Part shown: positions 20,001 to 27,992 of the stretch, one piece after another | Layout of the letters: each line of letters opens with the position of its first letter | Numbering within the stretch: position 1 is the stretch's first letter | Assembly: GCA_964404855.1 (NCBI GenBank) | Contig: CAYOLO010000001.1 | Span: 297,322 to 361,321 of the forward strand | Source of the DNA: an uncultured Gammaproteobacteria bacterium | GTDB lineage: Bacteria; Patescibacteriota; Microgenomatia; CAYQLK01 | Length of the DNA stretch: 64,000 bases | Direction: 5' to 3' | Translations under genes and position numbers: made by a program | The notes under the pieces: model-generated | What the model was told of the DNA's origin: nothing | Databases searched by the model: none | The model's input: the letters and a program-made list of their open reading frames with translations, nothing else

Positions 20001-22512
20001 CTCCAGATGTATTACCAATTGTGATTGTACCTGTGTAGGAGCTAGTTCCAAGGTTAATCGCGGTTGATCCTGATGTGTTAATGTCAAAAGTGCCGGTGGA
20101 GGTAACACCAGTAGCTCCAGTAATTGCACCAGCGCCTGTAATGTCAAGGGAAGCTGTGTTGAGGAAGTTTGATACAGTTCCTGATATTTCGATAGCGTCT
20201 GTTAGGGTGCCCGAGGTATTGGTAATCATGAGCGCGTTGCTTAAGTTGCTTGAAGCAGCATTGTTTTCAATAAAAATTCCGTTCGTAACAGTTTCTGGAG
20301 TTTTAAGGTTCTCTACCTTGAATAAGGTATCAAAAGCACCAGTGGTAGCTGTGTCGGCTTGGGTTATAAGCATTCCATTAAGTGTGCCAGTTGCGCCTGT
20401 TCCGCTTGGCGTAAGGGTATATGTGTAGCCCGTAGTTGTGGCATCTGTTGTTGGTGTAAAGTTTTGAGCCCAAGTGTAAGTTGCTTGGTTTAGGATAAGG
20501 TTGGCATCGAGATCAAGGGTGTCAGCAAAATCTACAAAGTCAAGAGAGTTGGACGAAGAAGTGGAGTTACAGTTGCCATAGGTTGGTTGGTTACCTGTGC
20601 CGTTGCTTTTAAGACAATCTCCAGATGTGGCGCTTGGGTTGACCTGGTTAAGTACACCACCAGAGGCAATAGTGATAACTGAGCCAACAGTGCTAAGCGA
20701 GGAGAAAGTAATTGTGCCAGAGGAGCTAAGTCCTGTGAATGTAGCTACGCCTGGACCTGTTACACTCCAGTTAGCATCAGAGATAGCAATGTTAGCACTG
20801 CCATTGCCAATGGTGGCTGTGCCTGAATATGAGCTTGTACCAATGTTGATAGCAGTTGAGCCTGATGTGTTGATGTCAAAAGTACCAGTGGAGGTAACAC
20901 CAGTAGCTCCAGTAATTGCACCAGCGCCTGTAATGTCAAGGGAAGCTGTGTTGAGGAAGTTTGATACAGTTCCTGATATTTCGATAGCGTCTGTTAGAGT
21001 TCCAGCTGTGTTGGTAATGTTAATACCATTACTGAGCGTACCTGAGGCTGCATTGTTTTCGATATAAAGCCCGTTTGTGGTTGTTTCTGGAGTTTTAAGG
21101 TTTTCAAGTTTTAGTAGAGAGTCAAAAACGCCTGTATTAGCATTGTCGGATTGAGATATCACAAAACCTTGAAGTGTGCCCGAAGAACCTGTACCTGTTG
21201 GATTGAGTGTGAGCGAGGCTGCGTTTATGGTTGCATCAGAAGTAGGAGTATTAGTGATTTGAATATTGGATCCTTCACCGTTGGTCACGATTAAGTCACC
21301 TGTGCCGTTCGGCGCAAGTGTTAGCGAACCATTGCTGTTAGTGCCAATTGTGGCTGCGCCGCTGAAAATTAGGTTGCCCGAAGAATCTAGAACAGGAACT
21401 TGATTAATATCTGGTGTTTGTGAAGGGAAATAACCAGCTAGAGCGTCGGCGTTAAGTGCATAAGCACTAGAAACTATTCTTTGCCTTGGGGTCATTTCTG
21501 AATCGGCACCGACAGTGACTCCTAGATACAAAGTAGCATTCTCACTAAATAGAGTGCTAGGAATTGTTGTATCTGCAGCACCTGTGTCTCCAAGTAGGAC
21601 TGAAAAAATACCATTCGAGTCTGGTGTAATATTCCAAGTTTTTGATGTCCATTGAGCACTCCCACCTGATGACACAGTGTAGATTTTGAACACAAAGTCG
21701 GTAGCAGAAGTTATTGGAGAACCTGAAGCGTTAGTAATTCGACCTTGGAAAGAAAGAATTCTTGGAGGAGCAACAGCGGCAAGAACTTGACCTTCAAGTG
21801 GGGATGGTTGTGGCGTTTCAAGACTGATTTGGGTTCGGTTGGGGGTAAGCATGAATGTTGATCCAGAGATAACTAGCGCCATTGTGGCGAGCCCAAGGAA
21901 TATTTTTTGTGAGAAGTGTAATTTGGATTTTTTGGTTAGGGTTTTTTGTGGTAAGCCGAGGAGATCTGTTAGTGGCTTGTAAGAAAAACCCCATTTTTTA
22001 AGTTTTTCAAGCTCTTGAGAGAGAGCAAGAAGGCTGATTGCAGCTCCGACAGTCTGCGTTTCGGAGCTGCTGACAGCTTGATTTGCATTGTTTGCCTCAA
22101 TGCTGGCTGTGTTTGTAACTATCTGCTCTGTGGAGTGGTTTGTCAGGTGTGAAAACCCGTTTGCCTCAAACCATTTTGAGAGAGATTTTAGAAATTTGAT
22201 TTGTCGAGAAAGTGTGGATTTAGCAAACTTGTTCTGAACATCCTTGTGGTAGAGCTCGATTGTTTCAATATCGAGTTTGGGATAGTTGGTTCGATTTTGT
22301 TTAATCGACCAAATGACGAATTTCTTTAAATCGGAGCGGTAATTACTATAAGTTGATTTGGATGTTGACGAGAGGGCGAGTGTTTCGAAGTAACCTTTGG
22401 AAGCGTTGAGTATACCAAGAGCAAACTCTTTTTTGGAGTTTTGGACAGGTTTATTTATAGTGCTGGCAGGTATCTTAAGGCCTGAGGCAAACAGGACTTT
22501 TTTCATTGTCAA
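17092..22512 (-). CDS. giant (1806 aa) type-II membrane-anchored surface protein with an N-terminal cytoplasmic integrase-SAM-like domain, one TM, and a huge Thr/Ser/Gly-rich beta-rich ectodomain with internal tandem-duplicated modules
   Basis: N-terminus KSTYSNYRSDLKKFVIWS...IELYH...FAKSTLSRQIKFLKSLSKWF matches the phage-integrase N-terminal SAM-like pattern. TM IFLGLATMALVISGSTFML. Two ~230-aa near-identical modules and two ~150-aa QSFTP...CTTTTSSAW(Q/G)W domains. Confidence 0.75.
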   Translation of the reverse strand: MTMKKVLFASGLKIPASTINKPVQNSKKEFALGILNASKGYFETLALSSTSKSTYSNYRSDLKKFVIWSIKQNRTNYPKLDIETIELYHKDVQNKFAKSTLSRQIKFLKSLSKWFEANGFSHLTNHSTEQIVTNTASIEANNANQAVSSSETQTVGAAISLLALSQELEKLKKWGFSYKPLTDLLGLPQKTLTKKSKLHFSQKIFLGLATMALVISGSTFMLTPNRTQISLETPQPSPLEGQVLAAVAPPRILSFQGRITNASGSPITSATDFVFKIYTVSSGGSAQWTSKTWNITPDSNGIFSVLLGDTGAADTTIPSTLFSENATLYLGVTVGADSEMTPRQRIVSSAYALNADALAGYFPSQTPDINQVPVLDSSGNLIFSGAATIGTNSNGSLTLAPNGTGDLIVTNGEGSNIQITNTPTSDATINAASLTLNPTGTGSSGTLQGFVISQSDNANTGVFDSLLKLENLKTPETTTNGLYIENNAASGTLSNGINITNTAGTLTDAIEISGTVSNFLNTASLDITGAGAITGATGVTSTGTFDINTSGSTAINIGTSSYSGTATIGNGSANIAISDANWSVTGPGVATFTGLSSSGTITFSSLSTVGSVITIASGGVLNQVNPSATSGDCLKSNGTGNQPTYGNCNSTSSSNSLDFVDFADTLDLDANLILNQATYTWAQNFTPTTDATTTGYTYTLTPSGTGATGTLNGMLITQADTATTGAFDTLFKVENLKTPETVTNGIFIENNAASSNLSNALMITNTSGTLTDAIEISGTVSNFLNTASLDITGAGAITGATGVTSTGTFDINTSGSTAINLGTSSYTGTITIGNTSGANALNLRAGSGNFTLDGVAGTTYTVGASTTTGTMTFGGTAQTGLLTLGQSSGTNTVAIGSGTGATTVQIATGATNAKTVQIGTGAVANTITIGSASTTNLSITDDNWSISTAGLITTASDVAVNGGDITTTASTLNIDVANNGIFNFRDGTNNLLRILDTANSDGGEIFSATGAIYADISGTGVAIINSATSGTSDTTAKYQSFTPDTPMSVTAVVAKILSTNGTEEAVACIYDNNSDAPGTLIAMSNQTLNISSTISHVRFSFNTAVPLLGNNKYVLQIALQNTGVGAGCTTTTSSAWQWAVSASDIYSGGRSEASASTDYLFTMEASKNTNHGFFSNSTTVNSATAVKTQSFTPAADIYLSTVQAKISMAGATEEASVCIYDENGSDGAGTLLAGPYQTLNIGSAVTWARFVLTTPVLVQAGSKYVLQVAGQNDGVGASCTTTTSSAWGWVRDTSASYLGGRNNNSATEDSHFVLESSPVASTITLTNGSVIQSNDPTNGEINFGDGTLKVDFGTIDPPYFIDGTKYATYVASMTGQKEETTGVANLTRPEGSTGNFSYQINFPELETSSDLGLFYRITDFGQNMKDLVVLLSANDSRAKVWYERDPANNRLTIFGNCNCEISYRLTAPRFDHEKWGNVANKQDGRGFVPGEAPNYSTSEETEFTEEEILSEITQIQDIIEATNIVANDSITIGQTTLSEENLKLLIGINGSIDGEENSEVTPNNQQVEAQGPITREEIDKMITDAIASSSAVLGASESAQPESSQSAELENQEPQDLTVINLTVEQQATFKDEVEFLNSVSLSNTNIAGSLSQDGIFTLDTTADGLGSQLNVLSGTLYLQNLPTSGGLDLLRGSLVIDTEGLVKIAKLETKDLTVSTITVKGDEENPLNRIAGNTLLTSGYDLFDVETTAVTENSIILLTVEGDLPVAVSVTEKLAGIGFRVKLAQVQTVDLTVSYLIINQELSLN
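19700..21280 (-). repeat. tandem duplication of a ~790-bp coding module inside the giant gene (identical core 20078-20215 = 20870-21007)
   Basis: The antisense track ORFs 20075.. and 20597.. share the identical 45-aa stretch LMSKVPVEVTPVAPVIAPAPVMSREAVLRKFDTVPDISIASVRVP at a 792-bp offset. Confidence 0.6.
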
Positions 22513-22897
22513 TTGATTTTGAAGCTAGTTATAACTCTAAAAGGCAAATTTTAGATACGTTTTATAACTGTCTATAACTCCAGTTTATGAGGCTAAAATG
22601 AAACTTGCAACAGGCAGTTTTAAATTAATTTTAAATGGATAAATTTTGTCTACGAATTGATTATTTTTTTTAAAAAACTATCGGTTATTTTTAAAACTTG
22701 ATCTGTGAATCAAAAATTTAGAGTGTTGTAGTAATAAGTCCAAATTAGATCTTGGCAAAACTAGGTAGGGCGGTAAGTTTGCAGTAGAAATTTAGATGTA
22801 AAAAATTTGTATATTATAGTCTCTTTAAATTGTTTTTGATTCTTAAAAATATCTGTTTGATATATTTAGTATTAGTTTTTGAAAAAATGAAATGAAT

Positions 22898-23428
22898 TTA
22901 ATCCTTATTCTTGAACGCTTTGAATTTGGTAATACCAAGATAGATTACTGTTAATGAAAGAATGCCGATAATTATTCCAGCTAAGAAGTGATTATTTTGA
23001 ATCGCGAATAATAATTTTAGTGGGGCGTTAAGAATAGTGGTTGGAGATTCTGGATTAAGTAATCGATAAAGAGCGATTTGTTGTTTTTCTAATTCGTCTA
23101 TTTTGTCAATTATTTCATCTTTTTCGGGAGGGGTTAGTGGTTTGCCTTTAGTAGGAGTAGGTATAGCAGTTGGAGTCGGTGTAGGGGTGCTGGTGGGTCC
23201 AGGAGTAGGTGTAGATGTTGGTCCTGGGGTTGGTGTTGAAGTGGTGCCTGGAACTGGTGTAGGGGTTGGTGTCGGTGTCGGTGTTGGGGTTGCTGTTGGA
23301 CAAATATTTACACAAGCTGTGGTGTTGACGTCTTCAGCGCGAACTTCTGTTTGAATAATAAACAGTAGTACTAGTGATAGTAGTGGAATGGTTAGTTTGG
23401 GCAGCATTTGGGCAATATTATACTGCAT
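22898..23428 (-). CDS. small secreted Thr/Pro-rich protein with a C-terminal TM anchor
   Basis: Signal peptide, CVNIC, TPTPTPTPTP linker, coiled DEIIDKIDELEKQQ, and a C-terminal TM + KFKAFKNKD. Confidence 0.5.
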   Translation of the reverse strand: MQYNIAQMLPKLTIPLLSLVLLFIIQTEVRAEDVNTTACVNICPTATPTPTPTPTPTPVPGTTSTPTPGPTSTPTPGPTSTPTPTPTAIPTPTKGKPLTPPEKDEIIDKIDELEKQQIALYRLLNPESPTTILNAPLKLLFAIQNNHFLAGIIIGILSLTVIYLGITKFKAFKNKD

Positions 23429-23467
23429 AGATTTTGACCATATTTAACCAAAATAAATGTTGTAAGG

Positions 23468-23500
23468 TCAAAAAAAAACACTCCCCGAGTGCAGGAGTGC
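23468..23500 (-). terminator. rho-independent terminator for the minus-strand gene 23597..24652
   Basis: Read on the minus strand: cactcc(tgcactcgg)ggagtg followed by T9. Confidence 0.65.
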
Positions 23501-23508
23501 TTTAAGAT

Positions 23509-23546
23509 GAACCGAACCGAACCGAACCGAACCGAACCGAACCGAG
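23509..23546. repeat. (GAACC)7 pentanucleotide microsatellite
   Basis: gaaccgaaccgaaccgaaccgaaccgaaccgaacc, lying between the stop of gene 23597..24652 and its terminator. Confidence 0.9.
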
Positions 23547-23596
23547 CTAAAAATATTGAACAAGTTGCAAGTGCGAGGCAGTAGATATTTAAGATG

Positions 23597-24652
23597 TTAC
23601 TTCTTCTTTTGAATCTCTGCAATAATCTTGCGGCGGTATGCTCTCAGTGCGAGAACTATCAGCATAACGACTACCGCGATTGCAAGTCCAGCGACGGATA
23701 GAGCCTTCCAAGGGATTACCCAGAACGAAGTGCTTGAGCTTACAATGTCATTTTTGAGTCCGTAGCTAGCAATAACTTCTACGGTGTATTTTCCGAAACC
23801 AAATTCTGGATTGAATTTGCCAACGAAACTTCTGACTGCTCCTGGAAGAACCGAAAGGGCAGAGTTGTTAAATGATTCTCTAGAAACTTCGTTGCCGAAC
23901 ATGTTACGGACTATAATGTCTCCAGCAGGGGTAAGATGGACAGAACCTGAGTTTTCAAGTCTGGCTTCGATACTTACTGGTCCAGATTCGTACATAGACT
24001 TGTCTGTTTTGATGCTTGAGATAGAGAGAGCCTCTTCAACATCTCCAGAAACTCTAACTAAAACGACTGGTCCGGTTCTGGTAATAACTTTCGAACCAGT
24101 TCCAGCTGCTTTTTCAGGAGGAGTGGTGGTTATAAAAACAGCGCCAAAATGTCCGCCTGGTTCAGCGTCTTTTGGAACAGCGATTGAGAAACTAAAAGCT
24201 TCAGAAGATTTTGGATCAATGGTAACTTGAGTTTTTGAAGCTCTGATCCAACTAGCTAATGCGTATTGATTATTAAGTGGTGATTCAGAAAATACAGCAT
24301 CACCGTTTTCGTTAATTGTTTCAATATCAGCGAGAGTTACGTAGTATGTAAGCGGGTCGTCTGATTTGTTGTCGATAACAACTTGGTGAGAACTGGTTTG
24401 ACCAGGGTCTAGGTTGAGATCAAACTTGATTGGCGAGAATGTGATGTTGGTTTCAGCAACCTGCTGTTGAGCGGCTTGAGGTTGTGCTGAAGGAGTTGAT
24501 GCACTTGGTACTCCAATTGGTGTTAATGAATTATTTTCGGATTTGAGTGGTTGAGAAGAAGGGTTGGTTTGAGCTAGTACTGGTGAGGTAGCAAGCGAAA
24601 CTATAAAAGCGGACGAAGCCAATGTAATGGCTAGTTTTTTGGGCAGATTCAT
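23597..24652 (-). CDS. cell-surface protein: signal peptide, Q/P-rich linker, beta-rich domain, C-terminal TM anchor + basic tail (CscA/DUF916-like architecture, tentative)
   Basis: MNLPKKLAITLASSAFIVSLATSPVLA signal. C-terminus SVAGLAIAVVVMLIVLALRAYRRK. Confidence 0.6.
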   Translation of the reverse strand: MNLPKKLAITLASSAFIVSLATSPVLAQTNPSSQPLKSENNSLTPIGVPSASTPSAQPQAAQQQVAETNITFSPIKFDLNLDPGQTSSHQVVIDNKSDDPLTYYVTLADIETINENGDAVFSESPLNNQYALASWIRASKTQVTIDPKSSEAFSFSIAVPKDAEPGGHFGAVFITTTPPEKAAGTGSKVITRTGPVVLVRVSGDVEEALSISSIKTDKSMYESGPVSIEARLENSGSVHLTPAGDIIVRNMFGNEVSRESFNNSALSVLPGAVRSFVGKFNPEFGFGKYTVEVIASYGLKNDIVSSSTSFWVIPWKALSVAGLAIAVVVMLIVLALRAYRRKIIAEIQKKK

Positions 24653-24688
24653 ATTTGTTTTTTTAATTATATATATAAAAATTACAAA

Positions 24689-25744
24689 TTAAAAGATACC
24701 ATAACTAGTATAAGTTAGGGTATTCGTATAGGTACCGGCAGGTTGTGTACCAGTGATTTCTAGCGAGTAGCCAATATCTGCAGTTCCACCAGCTCCTGTG
24801 CCGTTTACAGGTCCACCAGCGTCAAATATTTTGTAAGAAGTTGTACCAGTGAATCCTCCAAATATTGTTCCAGTTGTGTCAAAAGCAGAACCTGATACCA
24901 CATCGGTAGAGGTAAAGCCAAAATGACCCCCTGAAGTTGGTGTGGACCAAGTTGTTTCTGAGTTAAGAGCAGGCGGGGTACCATCATCGAATGAGTTAAT
25001 AGTGTCAGCAGTACCGTTAGTTAGGTTAGCTGACTGTCTAACTGAAGTATTGTGACCGTTAGATGCGTTAGTAGAGACCGTTAGTGTGTGGCAGTGGGTG
25101 TATTGAGTAGCAGTTGATAATGCAACTCCGTTATTGAAGTTAATTGAAGAGGCAGTAGTCCCACTTGATTCACAAGTGTCTCCACCGGAACCAACTGTGC
25201 CAGAGCTTTTGGCGGCTATTGTGAAGTCGTATGTTGCGTTGATTGTGGCGGTAACAGTAACTTGATCTTCTGTTAAGACATCAACGGCAACATTGGAAGA
25301 ATCTTCGTAAGTTCCATCGTTGTTGGCGTCTGTTTCGACTGTGATTACATAAGTAGCAGCCGAAGGGTTAGTGCTAGCTGGAACAACAAAGGTAACAGTA
25401 TCACCGGCATCACAGCTTGAAACAGAGGTGATTGTGCTAGCAAAAGGGCTAGCGCCATTGAATATACCAGCAGTTCCTGCACAAGACCCGTTACCGGTGA
25501 ATGTTGGAGTTAGTGAACCAAACGAAAAGTCGGCAGTAGTTAGTCTGACTCTAGAGGTTGAGCCGAGAGTAGAAGCTAGAGTAAAGGTAAAAGTATGAGT
25601 TGAAGATACGCCAGTTTTAAGCCTGGACATATTGTCAGAAACATCGACTAGTGCGGCAGCTCTGGCAGTCTTGGGCGGGACAAGTGTAAGTAGAATGCTA
25701 ACTATTGGCAGAATAGCAAGAAGTGATAGCTTAGAAATTTTCAT
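24689..25744 (-). CDS. secreted beta-rich surface protein, paralogue 1 of 3 (C-terminal ...GTYTNTLTYTSYGIF)
   Basis: Signal peptide with ARAAA cleavage. Ser/Thr/Gly-rich. Shares a C-terminal domain with the next two genes and with the C-terminus of the 2556-aa protein. Confidence 0.7.
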   Translation of the reverse strand: MKISKLSLLAILPIVSILLTLVPPKTARAAALVDVSDNMSRLKTGVSSTHTFTFTLASTLGSTSRVRLTTADFSFGSLTPTFTGNGSCAGTAGIFNGASPFASTITSVSSCDAGDTVTFVVPASTNPSAATYVITVETDANNDGTYEDSSNVAVDVLTEDQVTVTATINATYDFTIAAKSSGTVGSGGDTCESSGTTASSINFNNGVALSTATQYTHCHTLTVSTNASNGHNTSVRQSANLTNGTADTINSFDDGTPPALNSETTWSTPTSGGHFGFTSTDVVSGSAFDTTGTIFGGFTGTTSYKIFDAGGPVNGTGAGGTADIGYSLEITGTQPAGTYTNTLTYTSYGIF

Positions 25745-25747
25745 GGT

Positions 25748-26809
25748 CTAAAAAATACCGTAGCTAGTGTAGGTGAGAGTGTTGGTGTAAGTACCAGGCT
25801 CCTGTGTACCAAGGATTTCTAGAGAGTAACCGACATTACTAGCAAAGGCGCTAACAGCAGCTGATTCGTCCTGAATCTTGTAGGCAGTGGTACCAGTGAA
25901 CCCGGCAAAGCTTGTGCCGACGGATGAGAAAGATGACCCACCCCAAGTATCACTGGAAGCAAAGCCGAAATGACCTGGTGAGGTAGGTGTTGACCAAGTT
26001 GTTTCTGAGCCAACTGAAGGTGGTGTACCATCATCAAACGAGTTGATAGTGTCTGAGGTACCGTTGGTTAGGTTAGCAGATTGGGCAACAAAGCTTCTAA
26101 AACCAGCAGTAGCGTTAGTGGAGACTGTTAAAGTATGACAGTGAGTGTATTGGGTTGAAGTCGAAAGATTAACACCGTTGTTGAAGTTAATTGAAGAAGC
26201 AGTCGTTCCACTCGATTCGCAAGTGTCACCACCAGAACCAACAGTACCAGATGTTTTGGCAGTAACAGCAAAGTCAAAAGTAGCACCAATTGAAGCTGAA
26301 ACAGTAACTTGATCCTCAGTTAAGATGTCAACGGCAACATTAGACGAGTCTCCGTCTGTGTAGGTGCCGTCGTTGTTAGGGTCAGTTTCAATAACGAATA
26401 CATAAGTAGCAGCTGCAGGGTTGGAAATAGCTGATGTTGTAAGCGTGACCACATCACCTGAACCACAACCAGAAACAGAAGTAAGGTTGGTAACATTTGA
26501 TGACCAAGCGCCGGTTGTAGCTGAACAGCCACCTGTAGCAGAGAAACCTGGGGTACCGGTGTAGGAGAAGCTTGCTTGGGTGATTCTTATTTTAGATGAG
26601 CTACCAAGAGTAGTGGATAAAGTGAATGTCCAAGTGTGGGTGGCAGAAACACCAGTTTTTTGACGGGAAAGGGCATTGCTAACACTCGTAAGTGAGGCTG
26701 CGGCTGTTTGTTTGGGGGTAAGCGTAATTAAAGTGGTCGAAAGAACAACTGCAATAAGGCAGAGTACCGATAGTTTTTTAACGGTTTTGGTTGTTTGGCG
26801 CAGTCGCAT
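25748..26809 (-). CDS. secreted beta-rich surface protein, paralogue 2 of 3
   Basis: Signal peptide. The C-terminal ~198 aa are identical to paralogue 3. Confidence 0.7.
   Translation of the reverse strand: MRLRQTTKTVKKLSVLCLIAVVLSTTLITLTPKQTAAASLTSVSNALSRQKTGVSATHTWTFTLSTTLGSSSKIRITQASFSYTGTPGFSATGGCSATTGAWSSNVTNLTSVSGCGSGDVVTLTTSAISNPAAATYVFVIETDPNNDGTYTDGDSSNVAVDILTEDQVTVSASIGATFDFAVTAKTSGTVGSGGDTCESSGTTASSINFNNGVNLSTSTQYTHCHTLTVSTNATAGFRSFVAQSANLTNGTSDTINSFDDGTPPSVGSETTWSTPTSPGHFGFASSDTWGGSSFSSVGTSFAGFTGTTAYKIQDESAAVSAFASNVGYSLEILGTQEPGTYTNTLTYTSYGIF
25770..26346. repeat. ~580-bp perfect direct repeat, copy A (3' half of paralogue 2)
   Basis: Identical embedded track ORFs 25819..26037 and 26973..27191, and identical flanking sequence. 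The offset is 1154 bp. Confidence 0.8.
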
Positions 26810-26901
26810 TCTTAATATAAAAAGATGTTATCCCAATGATTACAATTAGCTACTGGTTTGTCAATAACTGGAATTGGTTAATTTAACTTAACAATAAAAC
26901 T

Positions 26902-27981
26902 CTAAAAAATTCCGTAACTGGTGTAGGTAAGAGTGTTGGTGTAAGTACCAGGCTCCTGTGTACCAAGGATTTCTAGAGAGTAACCGACATTACTAGCAAA
27001 GGCGCTAACAGCAGCTGATTCGTCCTGAATCTTGTAGGCAGTGGTACCAGTGAACCCGGCAAAGCTTGTGCCGACGGATGAGAAAGATGACCCACCCCAA
27101 GTATCACTGGAAGCAAAGCCGAAATGACCTGGTGAGGTAGGTGTTGACCAAGTTGTTTCTGAGCCAACTGAAGGTGGTGTACCATCATCAAACGAGTTGA
27201 TAGTGTCTGAGGTACCGTTGGTTAGGTTAGCAGATTGGGCAACAAAGCTTCTAAAACCAGCAGTAGCGTTAGTGGAGACTGTTAAAGTATGACAGTGAGT
27301 GTATTGGGTTGAAGTCGAAAGATTAACACCGTTGTTGAAGTTAATTGAAGAAGCAGTCGTTCCACTCGATTCGCAAGTGTCACCACCAGAACCAACAGTA
27401 CCAGATGTTTTGGCAGTAACAGCAAAGTCAAAAGTAGCACCAATTGAAGCTGAAACAGTAACTTGATCTTCAGTTAAGATGTCAACGGCAACATTAGACG
27501 AGTCTTCGTATGTTCCATCGTTGTTAGCGTCGGTTTCTACAACAATGACATATGTGTTTGCGGCAGGATTTGTGCTAGCTGGAACAGTAAAAGTAACGGT
27601 GTCACCAGAATCACAGCTTGTAACAGAGGTTATGGAGCTAACAAAAGGGCTAGAACCGTTAAAGACACCAGCTGTTCCAGCACAAGAGTTGTTACCAGTA
27701 AATGTTGGAGTTAGTGAACCAAACGAAAAGCTAGAGGTGGTTAGTTTGACTCTAGAAGTGCCACCTAGAGTAGAGGCTAAAGTAAAAGTAAAAGTGTGAG
27801 TAGATGAAATACCAGTTTTTTGTCTGGACATTGCGTCAGTTACATTGACAAGGGAAGCAGCATTTACGGTTTTGCCACCGAACATGACGAAGTTAGGAAG
27901 ACCTATTAAAAGGGCAAGTACGAAAAGGAGCAGTTTTTTGAACTTATTCGTGTGAACTGACATTATTGTTATTATCATCAC
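26902..27981 (-). CDS. secreted beta-rich surface protein, paralogue 3 of 3 (mosaic: N-terminus like paralogue 1, C-terminus identical to paralogue 2)
   Basis: N-terminal half LVNVTDAMSRQKTGISSTHTFTFTLASTLGGTSRVKLTT... is ~85% identical to paralogue 1. The C-terminal half is 100% identical to paralogue 2. Confidence 0.7.
   Translation of the reverse strand: MMIITIMSVHTNKFKKLLLFVLALLIGLPNFVMFGGKTVNAASLVNVTDAMSRQKTGISSTHTFTFTLASTLGGTSRVKLTTSSFSFGSLTPTFTGNNSCAGTAGVFNGSSPFVSSITSVTSCDSGDTVTFTVPASTNPAANTYVIVVETDANNDGTYEDSSNVAVDILTEDQVTVSASIGATFDFAVTAKTSGTVGSGGDTCESSGTTASSINFNNGVNLSTSTQYTHCHTLTVSTNATAGFRSFVAQSANLTNGTSDTINSFDDGTPPSVGSETTWSTPTSPGHFGFASSDTWGGSSFSSVGTSFAGFTGTTAYKIQDESAAVSAFASNVGYSLEILGTQEPGTYTNTLTYTSYGIF
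26924..27500. repeat. ~580-bp perfect direct repeat, copy B (3' half of paralogue 3)
   Basis: See copy A. Confidence 0.8.
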
Positions 27982-27992
27982 AAAAAATATCT

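Noticed and set aside
17198-21067. Plus-strand ORFs antisense to the giant minus-strand gene (17198.., 19517..20038, 20075..20428, 20597..21067, and 18522.., 18954.., 19272.. in other minus frames)
   Set aside because: Pro/Val/Ala-rich translations typical of the reverse or shifted frames of a Thr/Gly/Ser-rich gene. They duplicate each other only because the coding gene has internal repeats.
24689-27981. Idea that the three paralogues are chaperone-usher (SCPU/Csu-type) pilins
   Set aside because: The C-terminal TYxxxGxF beta-strand is superficially similar. However, no usher or chaperone gene is present, and the cell-envelope context is Gram-positive-like (sortases, LPXTG), where chaperone-usher pili do not occur.
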